From the NCBI RefSeq assembly GCF_009914755.1, contig NC_060926.1: DNA of 64,000 nt. The stretch is one strand, 5' to 3'. Below are positions 49,598 to 64,000 of this stretch, piece after piece. The DNA is from the human T2T-CHM13v2.0 reference genome, Homo sapiens. Under the pieces are notes generated by a model. The model saw only the letters and a program-made list of their open reading frames with translations, had not been told where the DNA came from and made no database searches. The translations under genes were made by a program, and so were the position numbers. The stretch's first letter is position 1, and each line of letters opens with the position of its first letter.

Positions 49598-50863
49598 TTA
49601 AAAATCGAAAATGGAATTACCATATGGTCCAGCACTTTTACTTCTGGGTATATACCCCAAAGAATTTAAAGCAGGATCTCAAAGAGAAATGTGTATACTT
49701 ACATTCATAGCAGCATTATTCACATAGCTAAAACCTGGAAGCAACCCAAATTTCCATCTATGGATGAATGGATACACAAAATGTGGTATGTACATACAAT
49801 GGAATATTAGTCTTAAAAAGGAAGGAAATTGTGACACATGCTACAAAATGGATGAACCTGGAGGAGGTTTATGTTAAGTGAAGTAAACCAGTCACAAAAA
49901 AACAAATACTGTATGATTCCACTTACATGAAGTACTTAGAGTAGTCAAAATCATAGACACAGAAAGTAGAATGGTCGTTGGGGCTGAAGAGAGGAGGAAT
50001 GAAGAGTTATGGTTTAATGGGGTAGAGTTTCAGTTTTACAAGGTGAAAATAGTTCTGGAGATGGATGCTGGTGATGGTTGTACAACATTATGAATGTATT
50101 TAATACTGATGAATTGTACATTTAAAAATGGTTAAGATTCTAAATTGTATGTTATGTGTATTTTACTAAAATGAGAAAGAGTAGAGGAAAAAAATCTCTC
50201 TAAGCATCCAGGTCTAAAAAGTTTACCAGATTAGTTTATGATACACCAAACAAACTCCAGATAGACTAAATCTATGCTAAATATTTTTAATCTCATAGAA
50301 AAATTAGGAATAGGGAATGGAAGTAGATACTGATAAAAGTGCTTGAACTCTGAAGCAGTAAAAGAGAGCTGGAATGAATTTTTATGATCACATTTAAAAA
50401 TATGTGACAAGATATTTGTAACAAATAAGAAAGATAAAAAGCTAATAATATCCTTATTATATAAAGAGTTAACATCTGCTGCAGGAATGAAATGGAACAG
50501 AATAGAGAATTCAGAAACAGATTCAAGTAGGAATGAGAATTTAATACGTAATAATGATGGCATTTTAAATCTGTGGGATAAAAATAGGATATTTAATATG
50601 TATTGAAATAGCTAGCCAAATGTTTAGGACCAAAAGCTTGAAACCAAAATAAATTCAGTTAAATAAAATATTTAAATTGGAATTTCTTGAGAAGCAGGAT
50701 GTGTTGTAGGGAAGAGCACGTACTCTGGAGTTAGGCAGCCCATTTCTGCCAGTCACTGGCTGCGTCGCCTTGGGCAGGTTACTTAACCACTTTGTGCCTC
50801 AGTTTCATGAAATAGGGATGATAGCGATACCTGCCTAGTAGGATTCTTGTGAGGATTAAATAA

Positions 50864-51607
<744 letters not shown>

Positions 51608-51956
51608 TGAAAATGTGACACCATAGAAACACTAAAAGAAAGTATGGCAAATATTTTTATTCGCTTGGTGATGAAAAAAACATTTTTTACCATGACAAAA
51701 AGCCATACTTCTAAGGAAAAGATCAAGAGATTTGATATTTAAAACTTACTCACGTGCAAAAATAAGGACTTCTGGCCAGTGAGTGGGGTACTGTAGGTCA
51801 CTAGCCATAGTAAGGGTAGGCTGTGACAGTGACATTCATATGTTTATTGCTTTCTGAACTAAAACCAGAAAATGATTTCCAGAAGCCAGGAGAGTGCCCT
51901 CGGAAGAGTTTTTCTCAGTGTTTTAACTGTCTTAGTCTTTCTGCTTAAAAATGCAA

Positions 51957-52374
51957 TGTTAGTTTTCTAGGGCTACAATAACAAATTACCACAAACTTGC
52001 TGCCTTAAAGCAAAAGAAGTTTGTTCTCCCCACTGAGTTCTAGAGACCAGAAGTCAAGTTCGAAATCAAGGTGTTGACTTGGCCATGTTCCTCTGCAGAT
52101 GCTAGGGAAGAGTCTTTCTGCACCTTTTCCAGCTTCTTGTGGCTCCTGGCGTTCCTCGGCTGTGGCACCCTAACTCCAATCACTGCCTCCATTTTCATCT
52201 CCTCTCTTCTGTGTGTTCCCTTCTTCTGAGGAAGAAGTCATTGGAATTAGGCCAACCCTAGTCCAGAATGACACCTCATCTTAACTAGTTACATTGCAAA
52301 GACCCTATTTCAGGTCAGATTCTGAGGTTCTGGGTGCACGTGAATTTTGGGGGAATGTTATTCAGCGCACCACA
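51957..52374 (-). mobile_element. MaLR (MLT1C-like) solo LTR
   Basis: ttagttttctagggctacaataacaaattaccacaaac ... gcaaagaccctatttc ... attcagcgcaccaca. Confidence 0.8.
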
Positions 52375-54431
52375 GCTTTTGTGCTCTGTTTCAGGAAGAA
52401 AACAGTTGTAGCAGTAGCATTGAGAACAGCGGTGTTCATGAAGAGGGGAGTAGATCCAATACCTCACTGGGAGCTGTTAGTGGTAGCAGAGGTGACAGGC
52501 ACAGAGTTACACCAAGGGAAGACCAGAAAGACCTCAACCACTCCTATGAAAGTCTTGCCTTTAGTGAACACCACCAGAGATTTGAACATCTGGAAGTGAC
52601 GAAAGAGCTGATGAGACTAGGAAGGGAGTTGATGGAAAACTAATAAAACTTTTCAAAAGAGACAAAAACTTAGTCATATACAATATTGGGAGATAAGACT
52701 GGAATCCCAGGTCATGTGGGACAAATTAGGATTTGTGAGAAGTTTCTGTTATTAGTCTTCAGCAGATTATGACATTCCCTGACATACCCTGAAAGAATTT
52801 GTGTATATGGATATATGCATATTCTAGAAAGCGGATGGAAAACTCTCATTAGATCCGCAAGGGTGTCCAGAACCCCAAGGAAAAAAAAAACAGAGATTAA
52901 AGAATTATCTTTGGAGTAGACTGTTAGATTTAGTTTCCAGATGAAAAGGCAAGTGGGCCTTTGCTTATAAACATCATGGATTAAAATTTACCTTTATAAC
53001 TTGTTACAGTACAAAGGGGAAAATATCACTAAATGCATTTATTTAGTTTTTTAAAGTTACCAATTTTTTTAACTTTTTAAAAGTTACCTAGTTTTTAAAA
53101 GTTTTTAAGTTACCTAGTTTTTAAAAGTTACCAATGTTTTAAACTGTGTATAAATAATTTTTAAAACTTCCTTTTCTCCTATTATCACCCCCATTTCTCT
53201 GGTGCTCTTTTTGTAGTCAATCCGTCAAGACAGGAGTCTCTCCACATTATTTCTGCTTCCTCTCCTCATCCTCTTTGGAACTTACACCATTGCAGTTTTA
53301 TCTCCCCTAGTCCACTTAGAGTGCTGTTGTCAAGTTCCGACTTGCCACATCCAGTGGACAGTTGCTGGTCCTCAGGTTTCCAGCAATATTAAACACCATT
53401 GCTTTCTCCTTTCTTCTCCGTTGGCTTCCAGAATTCCACACTTCTTATCACACCAGCTGCTGCATCCTAATCTTCTTTGCAGACTCATCCTCATCTTCCC
53501 TTCTCTGTGAGAACAACCTCAAGTTCAGTCCTCAATTATTTTTCTTCCCCATATATATTGCTACCCAAGGGGGCTCATCTATTCCCTTGGTTTTCTTCTC
53601 ACCCTCCTGAGAATACATATTATAAAAACAAGTTACAAGATTTTCTGCACATGACCCTTTAACTCTTTTTCACATAGTCTATTCAATTTGTTTATTTTAT
53701 CATGGTTGTACTTTTGGATGTCTTAATTTTTTTCCTGTTGGCTCGTATTTCCCTGGGGTATTGTCTGTTCAACTGGTAATATGTACTTGATGGGAGGGGC
53801 TAAAGCCCAGGACCTAACGTGTGACCTTCCTGGTGAGGCTGGGCCACAGGGGGAGCTCACCCATTGGATACACTTTGCCACTGCCACCTCCCACCATCAC
53901 CAAGTGGCCTGGTTCCTCAGGAAACCTCCCTTACCTTCACTAGACATTGCTCTTTTCCAATGCCCATCTTCCTGAGTAGTTATCTAACCTCAGTGAGTGG
54001 AGGGCAAAGTAGAAGGGCACTCTTAGGCGCCGGCCAGGCTGCCCAAGCCCTTGCTGTCTGCTCTCCACCCTAGCCTGGTCTTCTGCCTTGATGTGCACAT
54101 ATGGTCCCTGCCTTGCACTGGGCTGGCACTGCTGTTTCAGTCTCTCCATGCTGATGGTAAATGTCATGGATAGTAGGATGTGGAAGAAAAAGGGACAGAT
54201 AAACACTTTTCTCAGCCCATCTGTGAACCTTAGCACCTAGCACTTTTCCACCTGAGCTGTGTTCTCCACCATATTAGGATCCAACCCACTTCTGTCTCCC
54301 CAGGGTTTCTCACATGTTTTACTGTACTTTTTCAGATCATTAACTTTCTCTTTTTTCAAGCAAGGTTGATGTTGTGCAAGGTTAGGATTCAGAAGGAGTT
54401 GGCAACTTGTGTTCCTTTATAATGAAGATTA

Positions 54432-54804
<373 letters not shown>

Positions 54805-55346
54805 TTAGAAAGGAAATATATTTAGTCAATAAACATTTGGAAATGTTTAAGGAAATGGAAAAGTTTAACTTAACTAATAATGAAAGAAACATAGTTCAGA
54901 ATAATAGCTGTATATACCTTTTGTAGAATAAAATATCAAAGATTAAAAAATTTTATATACTCAGTGCTGGTAATATGCAATTAAATGACATTTTCATACA
55001 CAGTACTATTCATTGGCACCTAATTTGATTTAGCTCTTTTAGAGAATACCTCATTTATCTCGAGTCTTAAAATATTTATTCTCTTAACTCCATAATTCCA
55101 TTCCTGGAATTCTAACCTAAGGAAAGGTTCAGTAATAAAAAAGTCTTTAGGCACAAAGATATGCACTAAAGTGTTTTATTTATACTACTACTGATAATGG
55201 TGGCAGCACATGGAAACAGCCTAGTGATCTAAGCGCAGGGGAATTGCTAAATAGATTATGGTCTATCAGTCCAGTGGAATATCTTGAATCTATCAAAATA
55301 CTATACTTAAAGGGTATGTGGAAAACATGAAAAAAATTCTATAGCC

Positions 55347-55615
55347 TAATGTTACAGTGAAAAAGGAAGATAAAACAGTTTACATAATATTATATTATAA
55401 AACTTACACATAATAAAAAGATTAGAAAGAAATTTACTCTGTTAGTAATGTTTGTGATTGGCCGATGGACCCAATAAGCATAATGTTACAGTGAAAAAGG
55501 AGATAAAACAGTTTATATAGTATTATAATATAAAACTTACATATAATAAAAAGATTAGAAAGAAATTTATTCTAATGTTAGTAGTGTTTGTGATTGGCCG
55601 ATGAACCCAATAAGA
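55347..55615. repeat. Tandem duplication of a ~134-bp unit
   Basis: 55347-55480 and 55481-55615 both run taatgttacagtgaaaaagg...gtgattggccgatg(g/a)acccaataag. Confidence 0.95.
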
Positions 55616-55859
55616 ATTTTCTTTTTTAAATTTTGTATTAGCTCTGACATGGGGGAAATTCTAATTTTAAAAAAAAATTACAAAAACAAAACCCATTCTG
55701 GTTCTGGTTGATTCGAGATTTAGCAAAGAAATGATAAAAGTTACTAGCATACATATTTCATAAAAGAGAAACCTTTCCAATGTAAAAGAACTTAATAGAA
55801 AGGAAGAAAGAGGAGAGGGGAGCTGTGCTTTGTAAATTGATGTAGCAAATGCTTGATAA

Positions 55860-56330
55860 CAGGATCCAGGACTCAGACTGAATTCAGATTCAAGCCTGAA
55901 GCCTGCTTTCCCTCGGTATGACCTGGGAGAGGTTCTTCAGCTCCTCTGTGCTCCAGTTTGTTCATCTGCACAATGCACATAAAAATAGCATCATCCTCAT
56001 AGGGTTGCTGGGTGGGTTACATGTGCTCACAGAGCATGTGGCACATAGGAAGGGCTATATATGTAAGAGGTGTTATCTGCCTCATTGTTTTCATCTCCTC
56101 ATCCTTATCTAAGCTCAGGAGTCACAGGTCACTGGTGATCAGAATCCAGCTTCATGACTCACTTGCTGTGTAACCATGAGAAAGTTTGTTTTACCTCTTT
56201 AAGCCTCAGGTTTTTTATTTGTAAAGTAGGGGTAATAAAGTACCTGCTTCCTAGGGTTATTGTGAGAATTTAATGAAATCGGGTAGGTCACGTGCTTAGC
56301 ACAGGGTTTGGCACAAAGCGAGTGCTCACA
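55860..56330. mobile_element. Two MIR fragments
   Basis: gtgtaaccatgagaaagtt...gcctcaggtttttt...tagggttattgtgagaatt. Confidence 0.7.
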
Positions 56331-57303
56331 GCAGAAGTAGTAGGGAGGTATCAAGAGCTGACACCATGGTGGTGAATTCTGTTTGAGTTCTGTTTTGAAC
56401 CATGAGGAAACATGGAAGTAAGCTAACAGGCAGGGCAGTACAGTGAGTGAGCCAGCAATGTGGTGTTACTGTCCACTTCCAACAGAGTAAGGTAGTTGAG
56501 GATCAATGATAATTGTAATAGTTTATATGTTTATATTGCTTCACACTTTTCAAACCTCTTACCTGTATATTGGCCCCTTTGATGGAACAGTTCTGTAATG
56601 TAGTGGACAGAAAGCCTGTGCTCATTACTGCTATTTACCAGGCTCCTAGTCCCTTCCCCATGTTCATGACCTACTTCAGCAACTATGTATCCTCCTCTCC
56701 ATTCTAGATCTAGCTGATCTTGATACTTGGTGTTTAGGTAGATAATATCTCCAGTACTTTGGACATAACAGAGGCCTTAGTCTTTATTTCAGTGACAACC
56801 CATCCCTGTGGCTATATCTTGGGTCCTGTTTCCCCAAGAGTCATTCCACCTCTAAAATCTTAAACTTCAATTTTCTACTCTTGAGCCACTTATTACATAT
56901 GTAGTAATTTATAGTTTTGACTTGTTGCTGATAGGTTAATTACTTATAACAATTTACATGTAACAGTGGGTAAAAACATTCACCTATTTAAATTTTTTTT
57001 CACTTTTGATGAGGCAAAGGGGTATAGTGCTGGTAAATTTGTAGACTACCCAAGAGGAAATTGTACTCATGGGTGATTCATTTAATCAAAGAAATACTAT
57101 CGTAACACTCTTTACTCCTTTTAATCTCAAATATCTATTTTCTAAAGAAAGGTTATATATATGTTACATTAAAAGTTACTGCTTTTGCAGTCAGTCTGGA
57201 TAACCAGAATTTGAATTTTCTGACTTAGTGGGAATAAAAATGATAATATTAGCCAGTAAGTTATACAATTACTGTAATGGTTTTTAAAAATAATTGCTAT
57301 CAG

Positions 57304-57555
57304 AGGCTGAGGCGGGCAGATCACGAGGTCAGGAGATCGAGACCATCCTGGCTAACACGGTGAAACCCCATCTCTACTAAAAATACAGAAAAAATTAGCC
57401 GGGCATGGTGGCACGCGCCTGTAGTCCCAGCTACTCGGGAGGCTGAGGCAGGAGAATCGCTTGAACCAAGAGGCAGAGGTTGCAGTGAGCCAAGATCGCG
57501 CCACTGCACTCCAGCTTGACCGACAGCGAGACTTTGTCTCAAAGAAAAAAAAAAA
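57304..57555 (+). mobile_element. 5'-truncated Alu (Y/Sc-type)
   Basis: Starts at gaggctgaggcgggcagatcacgaggtc; A tail. Confidence 0.92.
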
Positions 57556-58692
57556 GTTGATATCACTCTAGAACCACTTTTTAAGATTGAATATTAGCTT
57601 CATTTATTAATGTACTTAAATAACACTACATATTTTTACTTCACTTTATGAGGTTTTCTTAAGTACAGGGAATAATTTTAAATTAATTTTTATTGAAATG
57701 TAGTGTACATACAGAAAAGTATGCAAATCATAAGTAAACATAAGAATTTTTTCTTCGTGAAAACACCTGTGTAACCAGGTGAGTCAGAGCATTACCAGCA
57801 CTCCCCATATTCCCCAAACCCTCCCTTCCTTCTTTTAGTCACCACTACCCCCAAATACCCTCAAGGTAATCACCACTATGGGACATTAAAGGCAAGTCTA
57901 ATAAATGAATATTCATGTGTGTCATCATTTTTTTCTTCTTCTTTGCCAATCTTTAGATGTATTTATGTCTGCTTTTTCTCTGTTTTTAAATGTATATTAA
58001 AATAACAGATATATAGTTTTACAAGCCAAATAATAGTAAAAGGCTCATTACAAAGTATACCAATTTCCTTCTTTACCCCTCCTTACTCTTCAAAATCCTT
58101 CTCCCAAAAAAGGAGAAACCCTTTAGCGTCTCTTCTGCTACTTGCACATTTCCATATTTCATATTAATAGTTACTATATTGCTGTTATTTTTTAATTAAA
58201 CAAAATGAGGCATTATTTGTTGACTTCTTCTTATCTTTTTATAATAAATGAGAACTGTCATACCGGCACTTCCACTACTTCTCTTTCTCATCATCCTAAT
58301 ATATCTATTTTAACAATTTTGGTTAAACAAATACACTAAATGCCTATGCAAAGGATATTGAAAATTAGTATTATAGGATACTATGATTATGGGGGGTTTC
58401 TCTTCATTTTTTGTGATGTTAATAATCGTCTTGGTTTTTATGTTTTTTCTTTCTTTTTAAGCCTCTTGTCTGAAATCATGATCTCTCCTGCCTTCCTTGT
58501 TCTGGCTTTGGTTCTGGATTATGGTCACTCACCCTTAATGATTGCCAAATCCAGGTGAATCTTCCATTCCTGATCCTTTGTAGATCGACTTTCCTTGTAA
58601 CTTTCTCCTTCCTTGGTTTCCATGACATCACTTTCTTACCTTTCTGGCCACTCCTTTTCAGTTCGATGAGTGAGTTCTCTACTTGCCCTCTT

Positions 58693-59027
<335 letters not shown>

Positions 59028-60189
59028 TAAGATTCTATCCTCAGCCTTATTCTTGCCCAACACAGTCTCTTTAGGCAATATCTGCCATGACCCTCAATGA
59101 CTCTCGTTATCTATTCCTCCAATGTGGAACTCTTTTCTAAGCTCCAGGCCCAGCTATTTCACTGGCCATTGAACATGCAGATGGGGAGCGTGAAACAAAT
59201 TGGTTATTGCCTCCCTCCTCTCTCTTCTGGTGGTATCTGCATATGAACTGGGCAGAGGCATTCAGTATCTGCCCTACCTACAGTTCTATCCCCTGTCTAC
59301 CCCCCACAACAGACAGAAGCTTCACCTCCTTGCCCTTCTGCAGTTCCCTTCATGCCCCTGCAAACACACACACATACACAGAGGAGGCACAAATGCACTT
59401 TACCAACTTTTTCCCTCCTTAATGCCAGGACTACAGCTCTTCATTTTTATTGGCAAGAACACCAAAAGCTGTCTCTCCCCACATCGTCTCCCCAGTAGGC
59501 TAAAGTGAAGGGATAGGATGTTGAGCCAACTGTGGGATTCCAGAAGAAGCAAAGCATCACTCATTAGTGTGTTTCATTTGTACATGTTAGTAACTATTTT
59601 AATAGACCATCTTTTTCAAAACATGTTAATACCTGACATGCTTATAGAATGATCACTTGAAACAAGCAGTACACATTCAGACTGTTTCTTCTGCATTGTT
59701 ACTTTCAGATTTAAAACACCAGTGGGATTGTAATATGAATTTCATTACTTTAAGAGTCAAAGGTACACATGTGGGATTGTAATGTGAATTTACAGACAGA
59801 GATGATGTACCTTGTCAAAACAAGAAAAAAGCACAACTGAATTTTCTGTCTTCTTTTATGACTGTATATAATTAAGACCATGAATCTGAGTTCACATTCC
59901 TAAAAGTATCCATGTTCCAGAGGAGCCCCTACTCCTCAGCCACATCTCATGCACGGATCAGAATGTTCTAGGAGGAGACAGCAAGATCTCACACTGGTTG
60001 CATTTCTCTCAGCTACGCTTTCTGAAAGAGTTGTATTCATTCAGTCTTTCAGGCACAATTATTTATTGAGTCAGTGCAATTGCAATATGCCAGGCACTAT
60101 ATTAAACACTGGTGATACAGAATGATAAAATGCCATCCTCTCCCTGCAGTTCACGGTAAAATTAAAGATGTGGGCAGCTGTCTCTTGGA

Positions 60190-60362
60190 GCCTTGCTTCT
60201 CGAAGTGTGCCCTGCAGACCGTCAACATCAGCATCACCTGGGAGCTTGTTGGAAATGCAGAATCTTGGTCCAAGATGGATCAGCATTTTTATCCAGGATT
60301 CTGCATTTCTAACAAGCTCTGATGCCAGTGCTGTCGGTCCATGGACTGCACTGACTAGCATG
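60190..60362. mobile_element. MER5A-family (hAT-Charlie) element with fold-back structure
   Basis: cagcatcacctgggagcttgttggaaatgcagaatc followed by its reverse complement. Confidence 0.8.
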
Positions 60363-60598
60363 GTGTTACAGTACTTTCCTCAAGCTGGTTCTTTTGCTGT
60401 CCCACCATCAAAGGAGTGGAAGATTGCGGTTGTGTTTTCTGTGCCTTCAGATACACAGCCTAATGTAGATATGACAGATGTGCCTTTTTATAATATAACC
60501 TGGTGCAGACTGCAGTTTAATCCATCTGTCAGCATTCAAAGCATCTGGGATAGAATGTGTAAAGGCTGACTGATGATAATAAGATAGCCAAGAAGTTA

Positions 60599-60892
60599 GG
60601 CCGGGCGCAGTGGCTCATGCCTGTAATCCCAGCACTTTGGGAGGCCAAGGCGGGTGGGTCACGAGGTCAGGAGTTCAAGACCAGCCTGGCCAACATAGTG
60701 AAACCCCATCTCTACTAAAAATACAAAAATTAGCCAGGCATGGTGGCGCTCACCTGTAGTCCCAGCTACTTGGGAGGCTGAGGCAGGAGAATCACTTGAG
60801 CCCGGGAGGCGGAAGTTGTGGTGCTGAGATCATACCACTGCACTCCAGCCTGGGCAACAGAGTAAGACTCTGTCTCAAAAAAAAAAAAAAAA
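60599..60892 (+). mobile_element. Alu (S-type), sense
   Basis: Full dimer with poly-A. Confidence 0.95.
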
Positions 60893-61722
60893 TGGTGAGC
60901 CAACCTGAGGTAGTTGGAAAGAGAAGAGATACTTGCTAGATACTTCGCATGCCTAATGCAAATGCATTAACGGTTCATCATTTAGTAATTAGGAGGGGCT
61001 AGGACCTCTTTAAGCGGAGTTAGAAGGTTATTATAGCAGCCCAGATGGAAGTTAATGAGGCCTGAACTTAGGTAGGAGAAGCTGTATTTAGGATTGTTTT
61101 CAACAACGTTGTTTTCAATGTTGTCCTAAATAGGACATTAGGAATGTTGAAAACATTGGGAAGGTTGAAAATCAAACAAATCAACATTAGGAATGTTGAA
61201 AATCAAATTAGTAGTTGTGGCAGAAGTGGGAGATAATCTAGGTTGATGCTCAGGTTATTGGCTTTGGGAACTGTGTGGATAGGCTCACCTAGAGATTACA
61301 GGAAGAAGATCAATTTGAGATCTATGTTTCACTTTGGATAGATGGAGAGGGATATTGGTGTAACCTGTCTGGTAGGTATTGAGGTGCACAGTCCTGGAGC
61401 TCCAGAGGGGAATCTGGCTGGAGCTGCATAGACACTAGTGAAGCCAACTCAGCAATATATATGAAGCTATAGGTGTGGATCCAATCATTCAGAGAGAATG
61501 TTCCAGGTGAGAAGAGCCAAGCACCAAACATGGGGCCCTTTGAATGAAAGAAGAACCCTCTCTGGAAGCTTTTGAAGGGACATCAGAGAGGTAGTCACCA
61601 TGAGATCCTAGAGAGTGCTTTAGGATTGAATTTTATTTTGCTTTTCAAAAGCTTAAAGGTGATACTCTTAACAAGTTTCATAAGGTTTTTCATTGTCATT
61701 GTCTTTGATGATGGTGAGATAG

Positions 61723-63265
<1,543 letters not shown>

Positions 63266-63377
63266 GCATTCCAGTGCCTCTCAAAGGCATACAAGTGTGA
63301 CACCCAGTCCAATTGTTGGGAGAAAGATATTACATCATTTAAGGAAGTTGTTCAAAGAGCCTTAGGACTTGCACATG
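63266..63377 (+). CDS. TTC27: TTC27 coding exon F (112 nt, phase 0/1): [37 protein letters not shown]
   Basis: Strong acceptor ttctttctccttcctcag and donor CATG|gtattt. Continues the frame. The gene extends beyond both window ends. Confidence 0.92.
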
Positions 63378-64000
63378 GTATTTGATGTAACATTTGATAT
63401 CCATGGAATGTTTTGACTTATTTTCTACTGACAGAAAAGAGTGTTGGTCAAAAGTAAAGTTCCATTATAAATAGTATCAAATTATTTCATTATATTGACA
63501 TTGTTGTATTTAATTCAGCAAACATTCATAGACCACCTACTATGTAATAGGCATTTTGAAATAAGAAGAAGAAACAGGATAGAGGCTTATATTCTGTTGG
63601 AGTAAGTAACAGAAATTGGAAACTTTTTTAGAGATGTGAAACATCTTTACAACTTTGTATAACCTTCATTCCACACTGAGTTTCACTGTATTGATTACAT
63701 AGCATTAAGGAAATCTGTTAATTTTAACTTGACTCACACATAGATCTCTGGGGTACATAGCAGTATGCAGAGCTGTAGCATATACAAAAGAAATATAAAA
63801 TAAAAGCCTTATCTTTGGGAAATGGTAGAGGATATTGTTTGAGGAAAGGTTTAACCTTACATATAAAATTATATGCCTGTTGGGTAAATATAGTCCAAAT
63901 AAGCATTGCTTTTAGTTATTAATTTTTAAAAATGCCAGTTAAATTTGGTAATGCATTTTTATATTTATATTTGAATATGGGTGTGTGATGCAGTTCCAAT

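Noticed and set aside
59722-59791. 21-bp direct repeat GTGGGATTGTAAT(A/G)TGAATTT with a 28-nt spacer, superficially CRISPR-like
   Set aside because: Only two copies, in a human intron with no cas genes. A small local duplication explains it.

Overview
This is human intronic and exonic DNA on the + strand of TTC27 (tetratricopeptide repeat domain 27). An AluYb8 and an SVA in the window point to a human or hominid genome. Six internal coding exons can be spliced by hand into one continuous frame: 9057-9284, 28649-28747, 33393-33445, 37751-37916, 61786-61983 and 63266-63377. The product is [12 protein letters not shown]...RALGLAH, about 285 aa, with four consecutive 34-aa TPR units. The remaining ~98% is intron and is rich in transposons: about 30 Alu copies, a full-length antisense SVA, two Tigger1 copies, a ~6 kb sense L1, and L1M, L2, MIR, MaLR and MER relics. 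Almost all entries in the ORF track are repeat-derived or chance ORFs. I found no convincing new multi-gene system. The best leads are: (1) a GC-AG intron, whose upstream exon also has a weak AAG acceptor with an in-frame cryptic AG; (2) a strong downstream donor after the first exon that would create a premature stop; (3) a MER5-derived 27-bp fold-back hairpin; (4) a CTCF motif next to a CCAAT-box cluster; (5) zero- or short-spacer inverted Alu pairs; (6) inverted repeats bracketing phase-0 exons; (7) several templated-duplication scars. Repeat family names come from my recall of consensus sequences, not from a database search, and boundaries of old repeats are approximate.
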